The notes under the pieces were generated by a model. The model saw only the letters and a program-made list of their open reading frames with translations. It made no database searches and was not told where the DNA came from. From a virus (taxonomy: Duplodnaviria; Caudoviricetes), in the IMG/VR virus record IMGVR_UViG_3300011335_000146, positions 1 to 36,576 of that record: a DNA stretch of 36,576 nucleotides; one strand, written 5' to 3'. Within the stretch, counting starts at the first letter, position 1; every line of letters begins with the position of its first letter. The position numbers and the translations under genes were made by a program. This document shows, in pieces, positions 28,848 to 36,451 of this stretch.

Positions 28848-28861
28848 GTAAAGTTGTCAAA

Positions 28862-29272
28862 TCAGAAAGGAATCTCTGAATCCTGAAAATCATTCGCAGG
28901 CTTTGCAAATTGTGTAGGCGCAGGTTTATCGCCCGATGCTTTGCCGCCTAACATTTGGAAATTTTCACAGGTAATTTCAAAGGCGGTTCTTTCAATGCCT
29001 TGCTTATCTGTGTATTTTTTAGATTTAATTTTGCCTTCCACATACACTGCGCTGCCTTTTTTAAGGTATTGACCTGCAACTTCGGCTGCCTTACCAAATA
29101 TGCTTACTCGATGCCATTCGGTTTCTTCTTTCATGCCGCCCGTTGCTTTGTCTTTCCATTTGCTTGTTGTCGCAAGGTTAAGATTAACAACTGCATCACC
29201 GCTAGACGCATAACGCACTTCGGGGTCTTGCCCTAAATTCCCAATAAGGTGAACTCTATTTAAACTTGCCAT
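28862..29272 (-). CDS. ssb: Single-stranded DNA-binding protein
   Basis: LIGNLGQDPE, TEWHRV, YLKKGSAVYVEG and acidic tail DSEIPF. Confidence 0.97.
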   Translation of the reverse strand: MASLNRVHLIGNLGQDPEVRYASSGDAVVNLNLATTSKWKDKATGGMKEETEWHRVSIFGKAAEVAGQYLKKGSAVYVEGKIKSKKYTDKQGIERTAFEITCENFQMLGGKASGDKPAPTQFAKPANDFQDSEIPF

Positions 29273-29538
29273 TATTTATTTCCTTTATTTAATTTTAAAC
29301 ATTCCATATTTTCCCATTTGCATATTGGCTCAGGTTTACACATCAAAACAAAACCTTCGTGCGCTTCATCACCGCCACATGACTGTACTTCATAACCATA
29401 ATCACCAACTTGAACAATCATTGGCACATCGGGGTTAATCATGTCGTCTTTATTTTTCCATTTACTGCGCTGCCATAAATCTTCAACATCCATCATGCTT
29501 GCCATAACAAAACGCATTGATTGTGATTTAAATATCAT
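29272..29538 (-). CDS. Hypothetical protein
   Basis: Translationally coupled between the ERF gene and ssb. Confidence 0.7.
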   Translation of the reverse strand: MIFKSQSMRFVMASMMDVEDLWQRSKWKNKDDMINPDVPMIVQVGDYGYEVQSCGGDEAHEGFVLMCKPEPICKWENMECLKLNKGNK

Positions 29539-30206
29539 TTGTTTTCTTCTTTATATTTTTTAATTGCACTACGGATTTTTGAATCTAATTGCGACCATAA
29601 AGCACTTGTCCAATCTGCATCCAATTCCAAACTTTTTACATATTCAACACATCCGGCAATGTCATTTTTATTTGCCATGACAATTATTTCCATTGCAAAG
29701 CTACGAATTTGGTCTTGGTCGGCAGCAGGCATTTTGTCGAATATATCTTGCGGTACTGATTTGGCTGCGGCGGGTTTAATCATTGGCTGCGTAGTTAAAT
29801 CAGCATCATTATCGCCTTCAGTTGGTATGGCAAATGCTTGCATACAGGCGTATTTATAAGCGGCAGACATGGCTTTATTGGTTGCCTTATCGCCACTGTC
29901 CATTGCTTCGCCAAATGTCTTAATTGTATGTTTGCTGCCATCTTCAGACGATACAAGATCAAATTCAGCATCAACTGTCACATAAAACAATGTTGTGCCT
30001 TTTTGGGTTATGCGTTCAGCACATTCACGCGACAACATTCGCGGCAATATGCACAAACCAGATTCAGCAAGAATTGGTGACAATGCATTGTAAACATCAT
30101 CAATGCCGCGAAAATTGTAACCTTGTTGCTGATTTTTATTGCTTTTGCTAATGCCCATTACGGACAATGCTTTTTGTACTTTATTAATTGATTCATAAAC
30201 TTTCAT
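29535..30206 (-). CDS. ERF-family single-strand annealing recombinase
   Basis: YNFRGIDDV, GEAMDSGDKATNKAMSAAYKY and AIPTEGDNDAD motifs. Confidence 0.9.
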   Translation of the reverse strand: MKVYESINKVQKALSVMGISKSNKNQQQGYNFRGIDDVYNALSPILAESGLCILPRMLSRECAERITQKGTTLFYVTVDAEFDLVSSEDGSKHTIKTFGEAMDSGDKATNKAMSAAYKYACMQAFAIPTEGDNDADLTTQPMIKPAAAKSVPQDIFDKMPAADQDQIRSFAMEIIVMANKNDIAGCVEYVKSLELDADWTSALWSQLDSKIRSAIKKYKEENK

Positions 30207-30403
30207 GTGTTTTCCTTCACTTTGATTTTGTTGAAATCTTTCAATGATTCAATGCCTTTGATACTTAGTGTTCGTACTTCTGCCCATTTTTTTTGTACTT
30301 CAGGGTTTTCTGAAGGCGGTATCCAACCGTAAAGTAATTTCCATCTAATCGTGATGTCGGTTGTTGCGCCTGTCCAAATAAATTCACTCGACTTTGTTAC
30401 CAT
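30203..30403 (-). CDS. Hypothetical protein
   Basis: GGAG SD; TDITIRW...GWIPPSE; ATGA overlap with the ERF gene. Confidence 0.7.
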   Translation of the reverse strand: MVTKSSEFIWTGATTDITIRWKLLYGWIPPSENPEVQKKWAEVRTLSIKGIESLKDFNKIKVKENT

Positions 30404-30407
30404 ATTT

Positions 30408-30590
30408 TTAATCTCCCATTGTTGTTTTCCTTGCTTCGATCATTGCATCTGCCATTTTATAAGCGAGTTTTGCTATTTCATTTATGCTGTGACCAGAACT
30501 TTCAAATTTTTGCATAGCTTTAGCTGCAAAATAATCACGCAAATCCATACCTTCGTTATTACACATATGCGAATCTGGGAATGCTTTCAT
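30408..30590 (-). CDS. Conserved phage protein (LRDYFAAKAM family)
   Basis: GMDLRDYFAAKAMQ...AYKMADAMIEAR. Confidence 0.85.
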   Translation of the reverse strand: MKAFPDSHMCNNEGMDLRDYFAAKAMQKFESSGHSINEIAKLAYKMADAMIEARKTTMGD

Positions 30591-30592
30591 AA

Positions 30593-30703
30593 TTAGTTTC
30601 CTTCAAAATAAGCAACGATTAAAAAACATAGTGTCATCATGATGAACACTATTTTTGGATGACGTGCCAACCAATCATTAGGATTTAATAATTTGTTTAG
30701 CAT
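30593..30703 (-). CDS. Single-TM peptide (36 aa), absent from the ORF track
   Basis: MLNKLLNPNDWLARHPKIVFIMMTLCFLIVAYFEGN; GGAG SD; fills the gap between neighbours. Confidence 0.6.
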   Translation of the reverse strand: MLNKLLNPNDWLARHPKIVFIMMTLCFLIVAYFEGN

Positions 30704-30966
30704 GGGAATTTCTCCAATGTAAACAGGTTGCAAAGAACATTGTGCGGGTCATAAATAGACCAGATATTGTAATGATGGCTGCCTTCATAATCCCAAATAG
30801 CACACTCAGCACCATCAACCATGAATGCCCATGAATTAACTACTTTGTCCGGGTCATCTTCAACATTAGGTTCAAAACCTAGAATGTCAATAATTTGCTG
30901 TTTGGTGTATTTGGATAATGTGCCAGTGCGGTAACTGCCGGACATTTGGATTGGGATGATTTGCAT
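30697..30966 (-). CDS. Hypothetical protein, first gene of the leftward operon
   Basis: AAGGA SD; DDPDKVVNSWAF...AIWDY. Confidence 0.75.
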   Translation of the reverse strand: MQIIPIQMSGSYRTGTLSKYTKQQIIDILGFEPNVEDDPDKVVNSWAFMVDGAECAIWDYEGSHHYNIWSIYDPHNVLCNLFTLEKFPC

Positions 30967-31191
30967 TTTATTTCCTTCACATTGAACCCGCTAAGTGGCT
31001 GCGGTATGTAAGAACATTAATTGATAATTGCGCCTTACGCAAGCATTATTTGATTAATTTTATACATTTATTGAATAATTTGCATAAATTGTTATAAATA
31101 TGTTAATTTTTACAATATTTCTTGCTATTTTGATGGAAAATGCACAATAATTGCCTTTGAACCATTTTTTAATTGATGAAAAGGAAACAAT
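30967..31191. promoter_or_regulatory. AT-rich divergent control region
   Basis: Leftward TTGCGT (31042-31037), 17 nt, TAATGT (31019-31014). Rightward TTGAAT (31071) with TGtTATAAA (31090-31098). Confidence 0.6.
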
Positions 31192-31563
31192 ATGTCAAGA
31201 ATTATGCCTAGAAGAACCATGAAAATGTTTACTTTGCTTGAATGTATCTATGAATTGGGCGGTGCTACTTACAAAGAAGTTTTAGATGAAATAGGCAATA
31301 TAAGCAGTCGCGGCACACCATCGGAAATGAACAAATTTTTTAACAATGCCTTAGATGCGGGCTATCTGTACATGATGGGCGATAAGTACAAAGTGACACT
31401 AGATGTTGCCGCACACATAAACGCGGTGTTAAAGATGGACAGTAATTACAAGCCTAAAGAAGTAGTGCAACCTGCATATCGAAATGTGTTTACGCCTGAA
31501 ATGAAGGGCTATGAAGCTAAACTTTTTAGAAATAAGAGAGGGTATGAAAATGGATTTAAATGA
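31192..31563 (+). CDS. Hypothetical protein, possibly winged helix
   Basis: AAGGA SD; helical N-terminus then GYLYMMGDKYKVT hairpin. Confidence 0.7.
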   Translation: MSRIMPRRTMKMFTLLECIYELGGATYKEVLDEIGNISSRGTPSEMNKFFNNALDAGYLYMMGDKYKVTLDVAAHINAVLKMDSNYKPKEVVQPAYRNVFTPEMKGYEAKLFRNKRGYENGFK

Positions 31564-31783
31564 ATTTCTTAAAGAGCATGGCGCAGCAAAACGATTGGCA
31601 GATAAATCAGGTATATCACCGCCTGAAATTTCACGCCTGCGTACTGGCAAAAAGAAAATTACGTTTGCTACGGCGGCGGCAATTGAATTTGGTAGTGATG
31701 GTGCAATTAAGATGGAATCACTGCTAGACGATCAGCATGATAGAACCATTGCCGGATTTATTCGTGCCAATGTTTCGCAGTAA
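31544..31783 (+). CDS. Cro/YdaS-like HTH regulator
   Basis: AKRLADKSGISPPEISRLRTGKK...AAAIE...GAI pattern. Start 31544 or 31550. Confidence 0.8.
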   Translation: MKMDLNEFLKEHGAAKRLADKSGISPPEISRLRTGKKKITFATAAAIEFGSDGAIKMESLLDDQHDRTIAGFIRANVSQ

Positions 31784-32069
31784 GCGATTATTAAATGCCG
31801 CAAAAGGGCAATCATGTATGGTTCAAATTCCTAATGTATGCAATGGGAACAATGATACTGTTGTGGCTGCCCATAGCAATCAATTGCTGCATGGTAAAGG
31901 CATGGGCATTAAAGCGCATGATTGCTTTATAGCATGGGCTTGTAGTGCTTGCCACTATGAAATAGATCAAGGCAAGATGAGCAAAGAAGAAAAGTATTTT
32001 TATTGGCAACAAGGGTTTGAAAGAACAATTTTAGCCATGCTGCAATTAGGAATTCTTGTTGTTGCTTGA
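31770..32069 (+). CDS. DUF1364-family zinc-binding putative nuclease
   Basis: RSKRLL..AKGQSC, VVAAHSN, GKGMGIKAHD and WACSACH motifs. Confidence 0.85.
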   Translation: MFRSKRLLNAAKGQSCMVQIPNVCNGNNDTVVAAHSNQLLHGKGMGIKAHDCFIAWACSACHYEIDQGKMSKEEKYFYWQQGFERTILAMLQLGILVVA

Positions 32070-32075
32070 TATAAT
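32067..32075 (+). promoter_or_regulatory. Extended -10 promoter for the replication genes
   Basis: Perfect TGnTATAAT (TGATATAAT) about 10 nt before the structured leader. Confidence 0.65.
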
Positions 32076-32084
32076 TAGCGATGA

Positions 32085-32168
32085 AGGCTAGGGAGTGCAA
32101 CCCGAAAAGGCGATTTATCACCGCCCTGCCTGATTTTATTCAGTGATAACTAACCTATGATAAAAGGT
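32085..32168 (+). ncRNA. Structured 5' leader: three-way junction with potential pseudoknot
   Basis: AGGC/GCCT, GGG/CCC and GGCG/CGCC helices; loop TTTATCAC complementary to GTGATAA (32143-32149) and TGATAAA (32158-32164). Confidence 0.55.
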
Positions 32169-32172
32169 ATCA

Positions 32173-32877
32173 ATGCACTACTTTCAATTTAATATTGGCG
32201 ATTACGCCAGTCATACACGCAATCTTTCTATCATCGAGGATATTTCATACAGGCGTTTGCTTGATGAATATTATTTGCATGAACAGCCGTTAAACGGCAG
32301 TCCAACGGACATTGCACGACAGATCGGCATGAAGGATTATGTTGATGAAATTAAGTTTGTTTTGCAGATTTATTTTACGTTTGTTGATGGTCAAGGATGG
32401 GTTAATTCTCGTGCCGACAAAGAAATTGCCGCATATCATTTCAAGATAAATCAAGCATCTAAAGCAGGAAAAGCATCGGCTGAAGCTAGGTTGAACAAGA
32501 GTTCAACGGGCGTTCAACCAAACATAAAACATAAAACATTAAACATAAACCATAAACCAATTAAAAACATATACACGCCTGAAGGCGTTGATGTGTCTTT
32601 GTGGAATGATTTTGTTATTTTGCGTAAAGCCAAAAAACTACCAATTACAGAAACCGCAATTAATGGATTGATTCGTGAAGGCAATAAAGCAGGGTTGTCA
32701 TTAGATGCGACATTGCAAGTTTGTTGTGAGCGCGGGTGGGCAGGATTTAAGGCAGAGTGGATTGCAGACAAACCTAAATCAAAAGGTTTTGAAAGCGAAC
32801 GTGATCGAGGCAATCGTGAATTAGCTGAACAAATTTGGGGAAAGGTAAAAAATGAATCCATTATCGACATCAACTAA
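32173..32877 (+). CDS. Replication initiator, DUF1376/YdaU family
   Basis: MHYFQFNIGDYASHTRNLS...YRRLLDEYY; C-terminal W.DF...RKAKK.P.TETA...RGWAGF. Confidence 0.88.
   Translation: MHYFQFNIGDYASHTRNLSIIEDISYRRLLDEYYLHEQPLNGSPTDIARQIGMKDYVDEIKFVLQIYFTFVDGQGWVNSRADKEIAAYHFKINQASKAGKASAEARLNKSSTGVQPNIKHKTLNINHKPIKNIYTPEGVDVSLWNDFVILRKAKKLPITETAINGLIREGNKAGLSLDATLQVCCERGWAGFKAEWIADKPKSKGFESERDRGNRELAEQIWGKVKNESIIDIN
32490..32561 (+). repeat. Putative replication origin: iterons plus AT-rich 7-mer tandem
   Basis: GTTSAAC at 32490, 32501 and 32512 (11-nt period), followed by six AAMCAWW units at 32520-32561. Confidence 0.65.
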
Positions 32878-33538
32878 CCCAATCCCTGAAAAGTGGATTG
32901 ATGCTTTATTTGCAAAGCTACATTCTTTTTACGGTACACGTTTTTTAGACATGTGGCGCGGTAACGATTTGCAAACCGTAAAGGCGGTATGGACACAGGA
33001 ACTAAGCAAATTGTCGCGTGATGAGGTTGCAAAAGGTGCAAACTCATTAGTCAATCAAGAATATTGCCCTACATTGCCGCAATTCATCAAGCTATGCCGT
33101 ACAGATATTGATTCGGTTGCTGCTTACTATGAGGCATTGAATGGCGTGGTTGCGCGTGAAAAAGGTGAAATGGGCGAATGGTCACATCCGGCTATATTTT
33201 GGGCATCGGTAAAGGTTGGCGCATTTGATTTGAAGAACCAAACGTATAGCAACATCAAGGCACGATGGGAACGTGCATTAGACGAAGAAATAAACAAAGG
33301 TCAATGGGCTGATATACCTCAGGCTCAGATCGCGTTACCAGCGCCCGCTACGCCCGTTTCAAAAGATATTGCGGAAAAATATTTATCTGAAACACAGATA
33401 ATAAAAAAGCAAGAATCAAAAACAGATCATAAGCGATGGGCAAAAATAATATTGCAACGCGAAAAAGATGGCGACAAAACGTTGACGCATATAAAATTAA
33501 GCATGGCAAAAGATGCAATGAAAAATGAAGTGTATTGA
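32852..33538 (+). CDS. Replication protein, lambda P-like/helicase loader position
   Basis: LF..L...YG..F..W and CPTLPQFIKLCR motifs; follows the initiator. Confidence 0.6.
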   Translation: MNPLSTSTNPIPEKWIDALFAKLHSFYGTRFLDMWRGNDLQTVKAVWTQELSKLSRDEVAKGANSLVNQEYCPTLPQFIKLCRTDIDSVAAYYEALNGVVAREKGEMGEWSHPAIFWASVKVGAFDLKNQTYSNIKARWERALDEEINKGQWADIPQAQIALPAPATPVSKDIAEKYLSETQIIKKQESKTDHKRWAKIILQREKDGDKTLTHIKLSMAKDAMKNEVY

Positions 33539-33725
33539 ATGTGAGCATATAGCGATTAAACCTTACCCAAGTCATGCAAGTGTTGGTCTTGGTCGATGTA
33601 TGAAAGAAAAATATGCTACGTTTTACGCTTTAATTAAAGATCATGGTTGCCAAATGTATATTAAAGCTGATAATGAAAAGGTAAAAAAAAGGATAAATTG
33701 GTATGAGAGCCGCCCGAATAGATGA
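33525..33725 (+). CDS. Small Cys-containing hypothetical protein
   Basis: CIEC...GRC...C; overlaps both neighbours. Confidence 0.65.
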   Translation: MKCIECEHIAIKPYPSHASVGLGRCMKEKYATFYALIKDHGCQMYIKADNEKVKKRINWYESRPNR

Positions 33726-33993
33726 TAATCAGAAAGCCATAACGCGATATTTGCGCGAAAAAGGCGTATCTGTGAGCATTACAAGTGCTATAGGTCGTGG
33801 TTTCCCTGATTTGATGTGCGGATTTAAGGGTAAAAATATCCTTTTGGAACTAAAAGACGGTGCAAAGCCATTATCAGCGCAAAATTTAACGCCTGAACAG
33901 CGCATTTGGCATTATGATTGGAAAGGTCAAGTTAAGGTAGTTAATTCACCTGAAGCTGCATGGGAAGAAATACAGAATCAAACAAAGGAATAA
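33703..33993 (+). CDS. VRR-NUC-like PD-(D/E)XK nuclease
   Basis: AARIDDNQ, GFPDL, LLELKDG and LTPEQ motifs. Confidence 0.85.
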   Translation: MRAARIDDNQKAITRYLREKGVSVSITSAIGRGFPDLMCGFKGKNILLELKDGAKPLSAQNLTPEQRIWHYDWKGQVKVVNSPEAAWEEIQNQTKE

Positions 33994-34397
33994 TGATGGT
34001 AACGTTTAAAATTGGCGAACAACAAGAAGAAGAATATTTATTAACGGATTTGGTAATGTGTTTGCTTAATAGCGCAATTGTTACTCACATTATGCACTGG
34101 CAGACTGAATCTTATGCTGCCCATCAAGCATTGGGAAAATATTACAGCGAAATACCCGAAGCAATTGATGCTGCTGTTGAGGCATATCAAGGCAAAACAG
34201 GTATCATTTTGCGTAGTTTCCCCGTTGAAACTGAAGTTTATGAAGATATGATTCCACTTGTATATATGGAATATTTAAGTCAAAAATTAACAGACAATCG
34301 TGCATTGTTTGGTGCAGACCCAGAAATACAGAATTTAGTTGATGCGATTGCTGATTTAATCGACTCGACAATGTACAAACTTAGACGTTTTAAATAA
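33993..34397 (+). CDS. Ferritin/Dps-like protein (DUF5856-like)
   Basis: HIMHWQTESYAAHQALGKYY...VEAYQG and IQNLVDAI...YKLRR motifs; AAGGA SD before 33993. Confidence 0.8.
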   Translation: MMVTFKIGEQQEEEYLLTDLVMCLLNSAIVTHIMHWQTESYAAHQALGKYYSEIPEAIDAAVEAYQGKTGIILRSFPVETEVYEDMIPLVYMEYLSQKLTDNRALFGADPEIQNLVDAIADLIDSTMYKLRRFK

Positions 34398-34406
34398 GGA
34401 ATAATT

Positions 34407-34658
34407 ATGAGCAAGCAATTAGATGATGCTATTGAGCATTTAACGACCACTTATCAATCATTAGCACAAGCGGCTGCCGGATACATAAACACATTAGACG
34501 CTAAAGAAGTTGCTGCCGCACTAAAGAAAGCCAAACCAGATACGGCTGAATATGTTGCGCTTGAGCAATTAAATAATCTAATGCAATTAAAGAACAGCAA
34601 ATCAGTTGAGGTTATTAATGAACCTACTGCAATCACTGAAGAACCTGCTGCCGAATAA
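34407..34658 (+). CDS. Hypothetical protein
   Basis: TAAGGA SD; helical with an acidic tail. Confidence 0.75.
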   Translation: MSKQLDDAIEHLTTTYQSLAQAAAGYINTLDAKEVAAALKKAKPDTAEYVALEQLNNLMQLKNSKSVEVINEPTAITEEPAAE

Positions 34659-34683
34659 AACACAACATAAGATAAGAAAAGAC

Positions 34684-34893
34684 ATGAAATTAACAGATTG
34701 GTATAGCGGGAAATTAAAACCCGCTTATGTTGGCGTATATGAACGGCGTTCATCATACGGTTTTAGTCATTACAGTTATTGGAATGGCAAAGAATGGAAG
34801 CAAATGGCATTCACACCAAGCAAGGCAGAAGAATTGCAATGGGATGATTGCAGTTTCTTTCAAACCCTTGAATGGCGTGGGGTTGCTAAATAG
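34684..34893 (+). CDS. Trp-rich hypothetical protein, paralogue of 35758-35967
   Basis: W...P.YVGVYER...YSYWNG..W...WRGVAK. Confidence 0.75.
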   Translation: MKLTDWYSGKLKPAYVGVYERRSSYGFSHYSYWNGKEWKQMAFTPSKAEELQWDDCSFFQTLEWRGVAK

Positions 34894-34894
34894 C

Positions 34895-35231
34895 ACCAAT
34901 ACGCATGGGAATTAGGAAGTTGTATTTGTTTACAGCAAAAGCGATGGGAATCCTTTTCCCTAGTTCCCATTCGTGTTGGTTCCCTCATTGATGAGGGTAG
35001 CAAATTACTAACAACCAAGACGCATGAGAATTGGCATAAATGGCGCACCCGCTGAATGAACCGGCAAATAACGGGTTAATGCCAAGCCGGGCTAACAGTC
35101 CTCAGCCGTGTTGGTAAAAGGGGTATCGCTATAGGACGCTATAGCTACGTTGCATTGTGAGGGCTTTGCGACTGAAATAACCTGCAATGCTCCTGTCTGG
35201 GCTGCAATCCGATGACGATAGGCTACCAACA
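34895..35231 (+). ncRNA. Candidate structured non-coding RNA locus with repeated stems
   Basis: Two ACCAAKACGCATGRGAATT...AGTYCYCAKYCGTGTTGGT units and two TGTTGGT...ACYAACA stems in the largest internal gene-free stretch. Confidence 0.65.
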
Positions 35232-35258
35232 ACATTTAAATATAAAACAGGATAAGAC

Positions 35259-35471
35259 ATGACAAAAGAACTATCAGACATGGAAATATATGCTCTCAAT
35301 CAAATTACTGTTGTAAGCGATGAAGTTTTATTGTTGTTAGATCATCTAAACAACATACGCATACATCCAGATTCCCAATGGGTTGAAAAAGCAAAACATC
35401 ATTTTGAGTTTGCATTTAATGCGCTCAAATATTCAATTGAAAAGCCCGATTTAACCGAAAGTGACGAATGA
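35259..35471 (+). CDS. Small helical hairpin protein, divergent Acb2/Vs.4-like
   Basis: ELSDMEIYALNQI and QWVEKAKHHFEFAFNALKYSIEKPD follow the Acb2 pattern as I recall it; AGGA SD. Confidence 0.5.
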   Translation: MTKELSDMEIYALNQITVVSDEVLLLLDHLNNIRIHPDSQWVEKAKHHFEFAFNALKYSIEKPDLTESDE

Positions 35472-35761
35472 TGACCAGCGATGTGATTCGCATGGCGCGG
35501 GGACGCGATAACCTGTTGTTGCAAATGATAAAGCGTCATTTTCCGCATATCCCAATTGACGACGATGATACTTGGCGTATGTTTCTTGATTTTGCAAATG
35601 AAATCTATGCAACTGGCGCAGCAGCAGAGCGCGATGCGTGTGCAAAGTTTTTACTGTCAACCGATTTAAGTGGTTTGCGTAATGACCTTGTGCTGCAAAA
35701 TTGGACTGCAAATTTACTAACAAATTATGCTGAAGCTATCCTCGCAAAGGGGCAATTATGA
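35468..35761 (+). CDS. Hypothetical protein
   Basis: GAAAERDACAK...AEAILAKGQ motif; ATGA overlaps on both sides. Confidence 0.75.
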   Translation: MMTSDVIRMARGRDNLLLQMIKRHFPHIPIDDDDTWRMFLDFANEIYATGAAAERDACAKFLLSTDLSGLRNDLVLQNWTANLLTNYAEAILAKGQL

Positions 35762-35967
35762 CAGTCACTCAATGGTTTAATCCGCGTAATAAAGAATTCC
35801 CTATTCATGTTGGAGTATATCAACGCAAATGGAATGGGCGGATAACATACAGTTTTTGGACAGGGTGGGGCTGGTGTTATGCTGGCCTGACTGTTGAAGC
35901 TGCTATACGTCAACGACATGATTATTCAATGGAACAATGCGCGATGTGGCGCGGGTTAGCTAAGTAA
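35758..35967 (+). CDS. Trp-rich hypothetical protein, paralogue of 34684-34893
   Basis: WF...PIHVGVYQR...YSFWTG.GW...WRGLAK. Confidence 0.75.
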   Translation: MTVTQWFNPRNKEFPIHVGVYQRKWNGRITYSFWTGWGWCYAGLTVEAAIRQRHDYSMEQCAMWRGLAK

Positions 35968-36392
35968 TGCCTATTGCCCCATTGAATACCGAATGTAAAG
36001 AGTATGGTTGCCGCAACCCTAAGACAACCAGATCAACGTACTGCATAGAGCATGGCGGTGGTATGACAGATAAAGGTAAGGCAAACAGTAAGCTATACGG
36101 ACAAAAGGCATGGGCTAACATCCGCACAAGGCAACTAAGCAAAAATCCGTTATGCGCTAAATGCTACATCGAGGGCAAAATTACGGCAGCAACTACAGTT
36201 GACCATGTGTTTCCACACCGTAGAGATGCAGACGCATTTAAAGTAAACCTATTCCAATCCCTATGCACTGCTTGCCATACGCTAAAGACCCAAGACGAGA
36301 ACAAAGGCAGATACCTACATTACACAGCGCATGGTGTTACTGAATACACTGGTGATGACTACATTAGAATATGTAGCAACATGACAAGGTAA
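35967..36392 (+). CDS. HNH endonuclease, packaging-associated (HK97 gp74-like)
   Basis: PLCAKC, VDHVFPH and QSLCTACHTLKT motifs; last gene before terS on the circular map. Confidence 0.92.
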   Translation: MPIAPLNTECKEYGCRNPKTTRSTYCIEHGGGMTDKGKANSKLYGQKAWANIRTRQLSKNPLCAKCYIEGKITAATTVDHVFPHRRDADAFKVNLFQSLCTACHTLKTQDENKGRYLHYTAHGVTEYTGDDYIRICSNMTR

Positions 36393-36451
36393 TAGGTATA
36401 AGCTATGACCAATCGTTATCAATCAAGCATGATGCAACAAAGAAAATATTT

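Noticed and set aside
32116-32125. TATCACCGCC matches the start of a lambda CI/Cro operator
   Set aside because: The second half-site is missing, and the sequence is explained by the GGCG/CGCC hairpin.
34860-35048. 62-aa minus-strand ORF over the RNA locus
   Set aside because: Antisense to the surrounding operon and without protein-like features.
34895-35231. CRISPR or TIGR array, tRNA, or hammerhead ribozyme (CTGAATGA at 35052)
   Set aside because: Inserts vary widely in length and are self-structured. No cas or Nop-domain gene was recognised, there is no T-loop GTTCRA, and no GAAA follows the putative hammerhead stem II.
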